Source: Lama guanicoe
Lineage: Eukaryota
Direction: 5' to 3'
Assembly: GCA_013239625.1 (NCBI GenBank)
Contig: MU053652.1
Span: 8,529,499 to 8,593,498, forward strand
Length of the DNA stretch: 64,000 bases
Shown here piece after piece: positions 27,711-41,129 of the stretch (its first letter is position 1; each line of letters opens with the position of its first letter). The notes beneath the pieces are model-generated. The model did no database searches and was not told where the DNA came from. It saw only the letters and a program-made list of their open reading frames with translations. A program made the position numbers and the translations under genes.

Positions 27711-28871
27711 TTCTTTACATGTTTAACTTGTTTTCTCTTTCGACCTTTGGCTTTATTCTCTTCACTTACAAAATGCTACTTCATTTAACAACCAGTGTCC
27801 TTTCTGCTTCTTTCTCCTGTTAACTTGCAACTCGAGATTTGTAGATACAACTTAGGTTTTAGAGGAGGGCTGGTGGCCATTGATCTTTGATTCTGCCCAG
27901 TGCTGCGTTCATCAGGTCAAGTTGGGCGAAACATGTCCTGGTCAAGATTCTTTCCGCTCTGGAGTAATAAAACCAACTTGAGGGAGTTAAACAAAAGGGT
28001 GGGAGTGGGAGGACCGGGTGGTATCCCCTATTGATGCAGGGCAGGGTGATCAGCCAGGCCTCTCAAGGGCCTTGACTTGGAAACTGGAAACTCTTAGGAA
28101 CAAAGGCAGCCAGACTTCATTTTTCTGCCCGGGGCTGCACGTCCTCTCCCTCTGTCTCTGGTCTCATTCTTGACATGCAGTCTAGGACACTGTTTCTTCA
28201 TGGGCATGACTATTGTACAGCCTTGGATTTGACACGTTATTACACTAGCTACCAACAGACTGCCTAGAATGAGAGATTCCAGATCCCTGGGAGGAGGAGG
28301 CTCAGATCTAGTTTGGGGCAAGTGTGCTGAGACATGGCAGTAGGGTCACACTCACAAATGGTGTTGCTTCTGGCTGGGACAGAGAAAATTCTCCCAAGGC
28401 CCTGTAAAGAGCAAGACTGACAACCCATGTGCATTGCGTTCTTTTCCTGAATAGGCTGATTTTTGCCTCTCTTGCCCTTAATTTATGAAGCCAAGCAGTG
28501 GAATCCAGAGGGCTGGTTTTCTCAGTGGCTTCCCTCAGCCTTTGTTGATACCTGAGGGTAAACAGTAGAACTTTCCTGGGGATACCCACACTGCTTCAAC
28601 CTGTCTTACTGGTCCGGGGGAATTCACCTGTGACCGAGGGTGGCAGGATCATGTCCATTCTGGTAGCGGAACAGGGAAGACTGGTATCTGAAGTACTTCT
28701 GGCAAGAAGGGGTATGAAATACTCTTCTCTTTTTAGTAGCTCTCAGCCTCTCAGAGTTTGTTAGAAGTTGTTCTAATGCGGGGATGCAGTCAGTGTGAGA
28801 GATGGTCCTGTGTTCCCCCTCCTTCCACTCAAGGGCAGGACTGGAGGAGGAGACAGGTGTTTTCGCTGACT

Positions 28872-29050
28872 CCGTAGTTCACAACCATGGTTGCACATTA
28901 GAGTCACTTGATAAGCCTTTAAGAAAAGCCCCATTTAGACCAAGTGAGTCAGAACTCTGGGGCGTGGCCTGGATATTGATTCTGACCGCCCCCCCCACAC
29001 CTTTTTAAGCTCTCTAGATGATTCTAAAGTTAATCAGAATTAGGGATGAC
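28872..29050. mobile_element. MER5A/MER5B-like MITE
   Basis: TGGTTGCACATTAGAGTCAC...GTCAGAACTCTGGGG...TAGATGATTCTAA. Confidence 0.65.
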
Positions 29051-29179
29051 TTTCCTGTTCCAGTTCTAGGCTGGCTCATTGTCCAGTCTAGAACTTCTAT
29101 GTTCTGGTAAGATTTTTGGGTAATCTGTATATCTAAAATGTACTTGTTTTATGGATGATAAGGTTTTAATTCATTTAAG

Positions 29180-29620
29180 CAAATACAAGAGGTGGGAACT
29201 GAATGCACAGAATCTTTTGCAGGAGTTTGGGCTTTATTCTTTAATATGAGCCCTAGGAAAGGATTTTAAAGAAATAAGATCAGGTGAATGCTTTTAGAAA
29301 GACTATTCTGGGCAAGCATGAAGAGGATAGGTTAGAGGAAGGCCAGGCGAGTATCTGGGAAGGTCCTGGCAAAAACATGACAAGCTGAGTAGTAGCTTGA
29401 GTAGATAGAGAGATACTGTGCTGGGAAGGATCAGTGGGATCTGGTCATGGATTGGATGAACATGAGGAAGAGGTAAAGACTTACGATGACTTCCAACTTC
29501 TGGTTTTGAACCGCTGGGTTGGGTAGACAGATAGTGGTGGATTTCCCCAAGACTGGGAATTCAGGAGCAGTAGTGTTGCATTTGAGATGACTGTGATCTA
29601 GACACTTTGATGGGACTGGC
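29180..29620 (-). mobile_element. L2 fragment
   Basis: GGAGTTTGGGCTTTATTCT...TTTTAGAAAGACTATTCTGG...GATGACTTCCAACTTCTGG. Confidence 0.65.
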
Positions 29621-30959
29621 TCTTGAGATCTAGGCTGATTCAGACTGAGCCCTTACAAAGCATTAGAGGCTAATAGGGTTCTAAGCAGAGGTTTTGATAA
29701 GGATTCCAAAGGGAGTTAATGGTCTGTTTCTTTTGAAACAGGATCATATCCCCTTAGAGGAGGGAATTCACTAGATCTAAGCCAGCTTGCCTGGCAGCCA
29801 AATAAATGTCACCTGGGGCTACCAGATGCTGTCATTAATTGATAGTGTGTGTCAAGTTTGTCATCTCTATTTGTGTCATCAAATATCCCTTCATTCCAAA
29901 CTTTGGTTGTAACTCTTTGACTTGTGAAGTGTCACTGTCTACTGTCAGAGTAGTCCTTGATCAGACTATTTGCATTCCTTCTAAACTTACTATTTTTGAT
30001 GCCATTTTGATAGCTTTTTCCATTGTGGCAGATGTATCTATAATTGTATGGCTTTCTTTCTCTCCCTGTCCTTATATATTGAGGGAAAGTTTCTTTGTGC
30101 TTTTGGTAGGAAAGAAAAATATCCCAGTTGCTAAATGAGTACAGGCTTTTGCCTAGCATTCATTCAGGCACGGAAGTCGTCTGGTAGTCACAGAAAGCAT
30201 GGTTCCTTTAATGAAGCCTTTTATTTTTCCTACTCGGGTATTAGTTAATTCTGAAAATCATCATAATCTCTTAAGTACCTTAGTCATAGGAAATGAAAGC
30301 ACTGTTTTCCTCTGTGCCTTCTTCCACATGCAAATATGATAGTTGTGTTTTTGATTTCTGCCCCTGATTGTGGTTCCATTTTTAAAACACTTCCTAGGTG
30401 TTGTGGTTACTGAAAGGCTTAGCAGGCTCTCTAGCTGATTTCCTATAATTGTCTTTAGAGCAAAATTATTGTTTCCAAACTAAGCATTGCCTGGGCCCTT
30501 ATTGGATAATGTAGACAAGTGTTTCCTCTTCTCATTTTCTTCCTTCCCCTTTACGCCTCCTTCTGTATTTGGTAGTCTAATGGTCTTTGAATTTCTGGAA
30601 TACATTGACATACAACATTTTTCACATCAACTTTCTCATTTTTAATAGTTCATGTACTTACAACCTTAACATGTGAAAGATGCACTTTATTTTTCATATG
30701 CCGTATTATGAACTGTCTACATTGGATGTCATCATGAGCTTAATGATCTTTCCCTTATCACATTTCTAGTTGTCATGATTATTAAAAAAAAATACTAGTA
30801 TTAAGTATCAAACTCAAAGATGGCAGAAGTGGAATGGGGAAAGACTTCAGATTGTCAGGGCCGATGCCTGGCTTTCAGGGTGGGGCCTGAGACTGGCAAG
30901 AACAAAGCTGCATACCAGAGCTTAAAGCAGAAAGCAGGTGATGAGGGCGGGCTTACCTT

Positions 30960-31401
30960 GTTGCACTGGATTTCTTTAGTTTGCTCCTCTAGACCCACCT
31001 TCCGCTCTTCTGTACCCTACTCTCTGCCCCAGAGGCTCACCTGTATGGACTCTTATCCCGTGGCTTCTGGTTGAGTTTGGCCCACAGGAACCTGGCAGAA
31101 GGTAGAGGGAGGAAAGAAGTGAGGATATTCATTCCCTGTCTCCCCTTTACGGTCATCGGGAGTGGGCTGTGTTCCTTAGCCAGAATACATGGCTCCCCAC
31201 GAAGTAACCAACCATGTGACTACTTCTCAGGGTTGCAGTAGCTGCTCCTTCATGCCTTCAGCTGCTGCTAGGGCCGGCTGGGGTGTCGTCCTTGGTTCTC
31301 CTACACCCACACATTGTAAATCACCCTTTTGTAGTAAATTCTCTCATATAATCCCATTCTGAGTATTCCATCCCTTTCCTCTGGGGACCCAGAGTGATAC
31401 A
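30960..31401 (+). mobile_element. LTR16-type ERVL solo LTR
   Basis: GGCTTCTGGTTGAGTTTGGCC...TTGTAAATCACCCTTTT...TCTGGGGACCCAGAGTGATACA. Confidence 0.75.
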
Positions 31402-31879
31402 CCGGTCATACTGAATAGTCTGCTTAGAGTAGAACATTCCGGATACCATACTTCATAGGAATTTTGCTCTGTAAATTTGGATTCAATTGACTCTGGCTGA
31501 AGTTCTTCAGTTCTTCTTGGGATTTTAGGAGAAATAGTTGGGAACCGTAGTCAACTTTTCTTTGGCTATCTTATGGTGAGCAGAGAGGTTAACTTTTATT
31601 TCACTAAAATCTTTGGTCTTCTCTCTCTTGACTTTGTTTTCTCCAACTGCTTGCAGCAAAGCTTGAAGGAAATTCATATTCCTACAGAAACCTGATAAAT
31701 ACTCAATTTTCATTTCTACCATAGAGGCAGAATGAAACTTTTCAAGTGATAAATTGGTTTAAAATTTATTTATGGTAGCAGTAGCATATTTTATGCTATA
31801 AGGTATAGATTTAAATGGAAAGTTTCCTATGGTGATATTTAGTTAATTAAGTAATTCTTCCCAACCTTTAGTTTGATAT

Positions 31880-32650
31880 CAAATATATTATATTAAATTC
31901 CATATAATTATGTCTGCTGTTCCAATTTGTAGGGTTTTAATGATTGTTACTTTTTAATGTATCAAATAGAACTAAGTATATCAAATGGGGCTAAACTGCC
32001 TTGTCTCTTTGATGTTTCTCTTAAAGTACTAGACAACATCTTACTCTTCAAATTAAATTCTGATTTATTCCATCAATGGATTTTTATGGATAGTTCATTC
32101 CATAAAAATCAGAATTAACTAAAATAATTGACATTTTTGCAATATTCAGCTTCTTATAAAGGAACATCCATTCTTCATCTGAGTTATTTCTTACATTACA
32201 GTAATGTTGCATGATTTTATTACAACTTTTGCTCGGTTTTAGTAGTTTATAATTTTTGTTTTGTGGGTTTTTTGTTTTGATGTCTACCTTGTTGCTGTTC
32301 TATGACAATGTGATTTTTATTGTGTACATGTCATCACTAAATATTGTTAATTTTACAGTTATCTTTTATGTAGATATTGTCTGCAAATAATATAATCATT
32401 TACAGTATTTCTTATGTGGTATGTTTCGTATCACAGTATTAAGAATTTCCAAAGGGATATCAACACTGATGGTGGTAGGTGGCTTTTCGGGGGTGATATA
32501 TTTGAAGAGAAATTCTCCAGTTTTCCTTGATGGCATGTCTTATCTCTGTTCAGTGTGATCTACTTTATCATGTTTATCAACTTCTATTTTGAAATGTTTT
32601 ATTTGGGAAAACTAATGGAAAAATTGTTTTGTGATTTTTTTTTTCAGATA
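31880..32650 (-). mobile_element. Old L1 fragments
   Basis: AATTGACATTTTTGCAATATT, TTGTCTGCAAATAAT antisense L1 motifs. Confidence 0.5.
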
Positions 32651-32747
32651 ATTGATACAGTAACAAAACCTAATGTAGGCTGGAGACTGTCTATTTGGCC
32701 TTCTTAATTTGTGGTATGTGGCTTTGGGGGTGGTAACTTTCATTAGT

Positions 32748-33255
32748 TTTTTTTTTTTTCTTTAATTGAAGTATAGTTGCTTTATGATCTGTTCCTGGTA
32801 CACAGCATAGTGATTCAGTTATTCATACTTTTTCATTATAGGCTATTACAAGATACTGAATATAGTTCCCTGTGCTAAACAGTAAGACCTTGTTGTTTAT
32901 TTTATATATAGTTGGTAGTATCTACAAATCCTCAAGTCCTAATTTATCTCTTTCTGTCTTTCCCCTTTGGTAACCATAAGTTTGTTTTTTATGTCTGTGA
33001 GTCTGTTTTGTAAATTCATTTGTGTCATTTTTTTTTTTAGATTCCACATGTAAGTGATACCATATGATATTTGTCTTTATCAGACTAAATGAAGTAAGTC
33101 AGACAATCTTAGGTCCGTCCATGTTGTTGCAAATGACATTATTTCATTCTTTATGACTGAGTAGTATTCCACTGTATAAATATACCACAACTTCTTTACT
33201 GAATCATCTGTCCATGGGCATTTAGGTTGCTTCCATGTCTTGGCTATTGTATATA
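32748..33255 (-). mobile_element. L1 3' end (artiodactyl/camelid type)
   Basis: Poly(T), then TAATTGAAGTATAGTTG...TTAGATTCCACATGTAAGTGATA...CATGTCTTGGCTATTGT. Confidence 0.9.
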
Positions 33256-33329
33256 TTTATTTCATCAATATATCTAAAAATTTATTCAACTTGGCCTGAA
33301 AACTTTAAGATCTGCTCATTTAGGCACAT

Positions 33330-33710
33330 AACTCCTAAAATGCTCTGAGCTCTCCTGCTCTTCCAGGCATTTCCAGTCAGAGTTCTCTCTGTCTGGTTTG
33401 CATACCCTATCACTCCTCCCACACTTCTGCGTCACTCAACATACTTCTTCTCAGGTTCTTCTAAGACTCAGCTAACGTATCACATTCTCCAGGATGCCTT
33501 CTCTGATCCCCAAGACTGGAGACCGCTGTTCTAGTTGTTCCCACAGAACATATCTCTGTCACAGAATATAACACTACATTTCCTGTGTTTTGACTCTCTT
33601 CCACTAGAAAATAAGATCTTGATTAGAGTGACTGTATCCTATTTATAATTGTATCCTTGGCAACCAGCATAATACTTGGTAATCATAAGCACACAAATGT
33701 CTGATTAACA
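33330..33710 (+). mobile_element. L2 3' region
   Basis: TCCAGGATGCCTTCTCTGA...CCACTAGAAAATAAGATCTTG...GTATCC. Confidence 0.65.
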
Positions 33711-33714
33711 GATA

Positions 33715-34230
33715 CATTCATTTGTTCATTAATTGAAACAATATTTAGCGCCTACTATGTGCCAGGTGTTTTCTAGGCATGGAGAATAAAATTGTAGACA
33801 GAAAAAATAGCCTGTCCCTGTGGAGCTTACATTCTAAACGAAGAGATGGAAACACACAAATCCATTGGTCCCTGGGTGTCTATGGAAGATTGGTTCCAGG
33901 AACCCCACAGATAGCAAAATCTGCAGATTCTCAAAACCTTACATAAAATGGTATGGCACAGTCAGCCCTCCTTGTCCTTGGATTCAGAGGGCTGGCTGTG
34001 TAGATGTATATGTATTTGTGTAGAACACAGAATAAGATGGTGCCGAGTGTTATACAGGAACGAGTGCTATTTTAGAATGGTGAGAAGAGAAAGAACTCTA
34101 AGGATTAAGACTAGAGAGCTAAATGAGAGAGTAAGTCACTCAAATCAATAGGAAGGCACTTCTGGGTAGAGGAAATAACCAAACACCAAGGCCCAGAAAA
34201 GGGAACCTACCTTATGCATTCAAGGCAGGC
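33715..34230 (-). mobile_element. L2 3' region interrupted by a Tigger MITE
   Basis: ATTCATTTGTTCATT...GCGCCTACTATGTGCCAGG...GGAGCTTACATTCTA. Confidence 0.75.
33864..33999. mobile_element. MER2-like TcMar-Tigger MITE
   Basis: GATTGGTTCCAGGAACCCCACAGATAGCAAAATCTGCAGAT...AGAGGGCTGGCTG. Confidence 0.7.
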
Positions 34231-35854
34231 ATGCCACTAACATGTTAACTAGTTTGCATGGAATCATTTCACCCTTCTGAGCCTTATTTTCCCCAGCTAG
34301 AAAATCTGGAGTCTTTTAAACTACAAGCAACACTTGCAGCCTAGGCATCCTACTACCTGGATTCACTGCTTCTGCATCCCCTGCCACCACTCGGCTTGGG
34401 GCAGATGGTTGACCAAGGATGCTGGCTTTCTGAGGCACAGAGAGTCACTCTGACTCTTCCACTCATGAATTTAATCCAAATGGAGGGGCTCATCTGACAC
34501 TGATAGATGATACTGAGTGAAGGGTACATATTCTGGCATGTAACAGAATTCATGTTTTCCAAACGGTGCACTGGCCCCAGATCAAGATCTAGAAGGCTAA
34601 CAGTTGGATTTTAGTCCAGCGAAAAGTCAAGGCTCAAGTTCAAATTATATCAAGTAGGACCTCAGTATCCCTAAATCAAAGATTTTTTTAAGTTCAAGCC
34701 TAATAATGTATAATTCTCCCTCCTTATTGAAGACAGCTAATTAAAATGGCCAGAGAATCCTGGTCACCTTATACTACTTACTGCTGGTCTATGTCTTTAA
34801 AAAAAAAACAAAAAACAAAAAACCCAGAAGCTAAGGGTGGACAGCCAGCACCCAGAAGAGTGCCCAGAATTTTGGAGAACTGAAATGTCTGCTAAGCGTG
34901 TGGATGAGTGAGTGGCCAGTTACCCATTGGGAGAGGGCAGCAGCAGTTAGGAACTTCATGGGTCACTAGTGACCAGACTCTGTCTTCCTACAGCACCCAC
35001 TTCAAGTCTACTGAAAATAAAGCTGTCTGTAATATTTCTAAAAGTAAATACAAATGCTCTTTGGTAGGGATATAATGTGTCCTCTATGTAGAGAAAGATA
35101 CCGGATAACATTAAGAACTCTCTTAATTGCAGTAGTGGCTGTCAGTGCAGAGCCCAGAATGTGCTGTGGAAACGTAGACCTACCTGTTCATCCAAACAGA
35201 CCTATGTGGTAACTTTTCTCATCTCTTAACTTTGGGTTGAGAAGACACACTCTAGTTAGGTGATGCTTCCAGGGTACACCTAGGGCTGGCTGGTTGTGGA
35301 GCTAATCCCAGGTGTTTGATTTCTGGGCTCAATTTCTGTAGCTCTTGTGAAGGTAAGCACACCATACGAAGGGTTTTGAATTTTTTTGAGCCATTGTCTT
35401 ATAAATGCAAGAAGAATGATTGTTAGCCAGAAAAATTTAGAAATATTTTACACTGATTAAAGAATACTTTTGCATCTGTGACCATTTTACCAATATGCCA
35501 TGTGGTTCACTGTCCTCAGACAAACCCAATAATTGTTACATGTCCTGAAAACCACGCTCGTTGACCATGGGGTAGGGAGATGAGGTGGACTGTTCATTCC
35601 TTTCCCTTTCAACATACCGATTCAGCTGAGAAAAACATGCTCTTTACCAGCACCATCATTTTGAAAAGCCATCTTGCTAACACCTCAGAAAAGGTGTTAG
35701 CAAGGGTATATGCCAGTGCAAGAGACAATAAATCTCAAGCAAGTAAGGGCTATTTCCAAAGCTTTTAAGACAACTTTGCAAAACACAGAAATGTGGCAGA
35801 AGGTGTGTCAGCAGATGACATCCTAGCCGACAGCAGCTGAGGCCCTCTGGACGG

Positions 35855-36070
35855 AGCTGAAGTTAAATCCCCGCTCTAACATTTGCTCGTTGCTGGGAAA
35901 CTGACCCATCCTCGTCCTTATCCTCCCTATAGCTTCCTTCCTTGCCTGGGAAGTGGGAATAATAAGAGTCTGCTTCACAGGACTGGCATAAGAATGAAAT
36001 GAGCTAATACATATAAAGTACAAAAGCCAACTATAACAGACAAATGTCTAGCACTTATTAACTACTGAAT
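35855..36070 (+). mobile_element. MIR SINE
   Basis: GTGGGAATAATAA...AGAATGAAATGAGCTAATACATATAAAG. Confidence 0.65.
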
Positions 36071-36274
36071 TAAAAATTATTCCTTAAGAAAAGATTCAGA
36101 AGGCTGCCTGCCAAAGCAGGTTTTCAGTGCTTATCAAATATAGGTTGTTTTCAAGCAGACACTTAGACATTTTATTTAATGAGTTTTTAAATATGCGTTT
36201 TAATATTTTAACTTTTCTTAAAAAATTTTTAAAGTTTACTCCTAGAAAGAGATCTCCCTGTATTGAATTTTTCC

Positions 36275-36460
36275 TAGGTTTGAGCATTTTTCTCGTCTAA
36301 TCTTCATGACTCTTGTGAGGAAGAGGTTGTTACCTCCATTTTACAGGCAGGAAAACGTGAACTCAGATGTTGAGGAAACTGCCTGTGCAGATCAATGATG
36401 CCGCTGGGGTTCCAAACCCAGGTCTGTTTGAGTCCAAAGTTTATGCTTTGAAACGTAATG
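36275..36460 (-). mobile_element. MIR SINE
   Basis: CTCCATTTTACAGGCAGGAAAAC...CAAACCCAGGTCTGTTTGAGTCCAAAG. Confidence 0.75.
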
Positions 36461-38625
36461 TTACCCTAACCCTGTATTTTCTCAGAGACCAAGGTTGTGC
36501 CAACCACAGTGCTTTTCAGGAAAGTTCAGCTTCCCGGTTGGAGAGGAATTACTGTACGATTATTTCTAGAAGGAAAAGTCAATAGTTAAGAGGAACACTC
36601 AAAAGCATGCAGTTAGACCAGCAAAGGCTTCAATTCAACACAGCTGGCACCCCCAGTGTGCCTTTTTCTTATTTCTTCTGGCTTCAACCCTAGACAGGGT
36701 GGTGTGTAAATAGTTTTAGTAACTGGAAATTAGTCACTTACATTCCAGATAATCTAACTCCAAGTACCTTTAGGAAAATACGACAGTGGAAGGAAGCTAT
36801 CACTGACTGGAAGAACTCCCAGCTTTTCAGTCTATTAATGAGGCTGTAGTTAAAAAGGGTGAAGGAAGTATTTCATAACAGAACTCAGATAATCTATATT
36901 GCGAAGTTACGCTTCTAGAATTCAGTTATCCTTACTGTAACTGATCTTTTTCCTTTCATTTTGCTGTTTCACTGGGGAGACAATAAGTTTGCATTCCTTT
37001 TGGTTCACAAATCTAGGAAGTACAGATTGAGAGGCAGAGATGGCTAAAATGAGTTTCTGGTCTTGTATACAGCCTTCATGATAGTCTGCAGCCAGCTGTC
37101 AACCACCAATTAACAAAGGGAAATGTGATAATTGAAGCTAAACTTGTCCCTTAATAAAGGAAGGCTTAAAGCACGCACCTTCAAGTGTCTGCACTTGCCG
37201 ACCTGGCTGGGTTGAGACAAGCACCTGGCGTATTAGTCATAGAAAATCGGTTGATATTGGCAAGCCCAGATCCAGGGTTATGACCTCAACTTGCTCGTTA
37301 ATGCTCTAGCTTGCTTGAGTAGTGAGGGTGAAGGGAACACGAAGATTTCGTTCCCCATATCTGAAACATATAACAAAGTCATTATAAATCTAAGACCATC
37401 CTGTTAGGAAAACAGGAATTTTTTTTTAATCCTATTTTGTTTCCATAATTATTTAAAATATTTTTAAACAAAACAGGAGCTGAAACCAGATGGCTAATCT
37501 TAAGGTGAAATAAAAGAGGAACCTGAAAGGTTTCGGAAATGTCACATTACCTTACACACTGGTCATTCGCTAGTGATCTTTAAAACTGCCACTCACAGAG
37601 TTGTGACTTACTAAATTGAAAGCAAAATGCCTAAAAAGGACACAAAATGTTTTCAATTTTGCAAAAGGAAATGTATGCTATTTTTAATGTTTCTGCTTAG
37701 ATGTGAAGAAAGTCATACTGTGGAGAATTATGCAAGTAATAACAGTTCCTTTGGAGGCCATATGTTTAGACTTACAAGCAAATATTTTCCCTTTTGTGTC
37801 TTGTATTTCAATACAGAATAGCCCAAAGATCTCATGCATATAAAGTCACAGGAGAGCATACAAGATACATTTTATTCTAAAAAGAAAACCCAAATGAGGA
37901 ATGACAACCAAGTTGCAAAACCTAGAGCTTATGATGGAAAAATACAGATAATCTGAAAGACAGCATATGCTGCTAAGTGCCAGTATCAAAAAGAAGTCAC
38001 AGCTGCCATAAGTGTATATTTCCAGATCACAGCAAGGCTGCCATTCAAATTGGACTCTTCAGTTGCGTCTGCATTTAATGTGAGAGATACTGCAAGATTT
38101 AGAGACCTCAGTGAGCAACTTGGTGAGATACCTAATGGGACTTCCTGCTTTTTGATTAGCACTGCCCTCCAGACAGTTCAGCTTAGTTTCATAGTTACTG
38201 GATAGACGACACTTAGCTCCACTGTTCTGCCGACACAGTTTTTAAAATTCATAGGTAGGAATTAGGGTCCAAATCTCATCCTTGCCCTTTGGGTGGGATT
38301 TGGCAGCATTTCTGTTCCCTGCAAATTCATAACGTGGCAGAGCTCTCTCCATGCCTTGGGAGGGTCGCTCTTGGGCCCACGGTGCAGTGGTGCCATTCTG
38401 AGGACTCCTTGAGGTCTCCAGGCCGCAGTGTCTGTTTTGTTCTGCGACTCCACCACTTCGTTTATTCACCACCCATCATGTTGCCCATTCTTTACCTCAG
38501 CAAAAGCCCCTCCATCTTCTAGTTCATTGTATACAAGGAACCATTTTCTTGAAATATTATCTGTCTGCCAAAAGTCAATAGCCTCTGTGGTCTCTTAGAT
38601 GAAATAAAAACTAAGAACTTCCTAT

Positions 38626-38728
38626 GGGGAGGGTATGCTGAGAGGTAAAGCACGCGCCTAGCATGTACAAGGTCCTGGGTTCTGTCCCCAGTGCCTCCAT
38701 CAAAATAAATACCTAATTACCTCCTCCA
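38626..38728 (+). mobile_element. tRNA-derived camelid SINE (Vic-1 type), degenerate
   Basis: GGGGAGGGTAT...TAGCATGTACAAGGTCCTGGGTTCTGTCCCCAGTGCCTCCAT followed by AAAATAAATACCTAATTACCTCC; decayed A and B boxes. Confidence 0.8.
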
Positions 38729-38789
38729 GCATGAGACAGAAACGGTTAAAATACCCTCATCTCTTTGTCAGGGACTATCTGGTGTAACA

Positions 38790-39140
38790 AAAGGTGTGGG
38801 CTTCAGAGTGAGACTTGTGGATCTGAGTCTGTCCATGGTTAACTGGGTAACCGGGGACAAGTGATTTAACATCAGAGGCTGTTCATTCCTCTTGTAAAAT
38901 GACGGTAGTAGCAAATCTCAACTGGCTGTGTTAAGGGTGAAATCATTGTTATAGCTAACATTTATTAAGCACTTCTGTGTGTCAGGTGTTCTATGCACTT
39001 ACATGATTAACTCTATCCACATAACTACCCAGGAAACGGGAACTAGTATCTGTTTTACAAATTGGGAAACTGAGGCATAGAGTTGATGAGACAAGAACGG
39101 GAGCCCAGGTTTGTCGGCAGAACTGTTAACCCTCAGAGCA
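38790..39140. mobile_element. Two adjacent MIRs in opposite orientation (+ then -)
   Basis: GGACAAGTGATTTAAC...TGTAAAATG, then TTTTACAAATTGGGAAACTGAGGCATAGAG. Confidence 0.7.
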
Positions 39141-40309
39141 CCTTGCCTCAGTTACTGAGGACACTAACAAGTCTGTTCGTACGGTGTCAGCCACACAGAT
39201 GCTCACTGCTTTTTCTCCCTTCCTGTCCCACTTCGAACCCACCCTGCATCACGCAGATTGTGAAATGAATTTAGTAACTTGAGGGAAAAGAAAATACTGT
39301 TCTAGGAAAAGGTTTACTGAAAATAGAGACTGAGGGTCCCCTGGATTCAAAGGCTCACCCTAAAGGAAGAGAGTCAGGCAGGCCATTTTGACAGATGACA
39401 GGCAGCCTCCTCAGAGGTGAGTCCTCACACATGGTGTCTGTAACCCACACGGCCTCTGGTCTGACGCTATGGGCTGAATGTGTCCCCACACCCCTCCCCG
39501 CCAGCTGACAGACACCCCACTCCCTCAGCTCAGTACACAGTGGGCAAGAGGTGGCTTTGCTTTGTGTGGTTCTTGGTTAAATGGGCACCAAAGAGAAAGG
39601 CACTCCTTTCATCAAACCAGCGGCCGGCATAGCTTGGGCAGAGCAAAGAGATGAAGACTCTGGAGAGCTGCAGAGAACGCGGCCGGGCTTCTGCAGGCCG
39701 AGGCCCCAGGGTGGCTGCAGTGTGCATGGTGGCCCCCGCGGGCGGCCCTGGACAGCAGCTGTGAGGCGGGGACACGTGAGGGTTTGCAGGCAACCAGGTC
39801 CAACAGGGCCTTTGGAAGCCAACCTCAGAGCAGGGGAGCCGGGCTCGGCAGACAGAAGAGGTTGGAGCCCAGGAGAACTCCCTGTGCCCCGCCCAGCTCT
39901 GCTCAGACTTCCGGATAAACCGAGTGATGTGACCGCCGCGGCTGGAGGTTCTGCTGTTGTGGGCAGGGCAAATCTCTCTCCAAATTAGAATTAGGGAGTT
40001 CTTGAAAATAGCCATGCTGAGGCCCAAGCCTGGGGTTAAGGTAACTGGCCTGGGGGAGAGCCCAGACATCACCCGATTGACTCCTCAGAGCTCCCCAGGC
40101 GACCTAACCTACAGGAGACGCTGAGAACCACGGCCTTAGAGGGGCAAAGTCTGGGCAAACACGGCCTCGAGCACTGTGTCACGTGGTTGTTGCGGGTCAT
40201 CGGTGGGTTAACTTCACTGTTGTAAAGTAATTAGATGTATCTTCTAGAAGAGACCGGGGTCTGCTACAGTGTGGGCTCCGGGGAGCCCGTGTACCTGAAC
40301 CTCCATTGT

Positions 40310-40990
40310 CTAGGCACAGGGAACAGGATGGATCGGACCCGCCCACTCTTGCGCTCAGGAAGTTATCAGGAGGGAAAGACGCAAGAAAATTAAACCATTC
40401 TGCATTAGGTAGAATATAAATGCGAAGGATACTGCAATGTAGTGTGAGTAGCTGAGTATCCTAAAACACTTTCAAGACGAAATGCCCTCCGATCCTACGA
40501 GGGAAGCTGCAGCAGTGGATCATTCTGGCCTCGGAGAACCTCGTATCGGGCTTCTGTGGAGATAAGTGAGGCATTGAGGCTGGAACAGGGGCAACTGTGG
40601 GGACCTGAAGGTCGTCAAAGTCAGAAATGACCCAATAAGAGGTTTTAGCTTCGTGGTGAAGGCAATGGGACACCACCAGTTGGCTTTGAAAATTGAGCTG
40701 ACACGATCAGATGTGTGTTTCAGGGGAAAATTCAGTCTGACAGCAGAGAAAGGATGGAGGAGAGGCAGATAGGGAGACCAGTCCGAACGCCATTCCAACA
40801 AACCAGGTGGAAAACACTGAGGACGAGCAGAGCTCCTGGTGCGGGGTTGGGGCAGGGGTTCCACTTACTAAGGGGTGGAACTGGGGCTGAGCCGATCCAT
40901 TCGTAAGGAGGAGAGAAAGAAACAAGAGTTTAGACTTAAGTTAGGGTGATGGTATGAACTAGGAAAGATGAGAAGGGGTGGAGTTGAAGC
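40310..40990 (-). mobile_element. L2 fragment
   Basis: GAAGGCAATGGGACACCA...TCAGATGTGTGTTTCAGG...AGGGAGACCAGT. Confidence 0.6.
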
Positions 40991-41129
40991 GTGAGTAGTC
41001 TGAAAACACCTGGAAATGTGATGTGAAATATTTGGGAAAATAAAAGTGAATCAGTTTCATCAGTCTAGTAAAATAATTATCCATGAAGACTCGGGTCATA
41101 TTTCTTCAAGAACGGTTTAAGAGACACAT

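Noticed and set aside
38626..38700. tRNA gene
   Set aside because: Decayed A/B boxes and a SINE-specific tail; it is a tRNA-derived SINE
39530..40072. ORFs of 180 and 135 aa
   Set aside because: GC-driven, no recognisable homology
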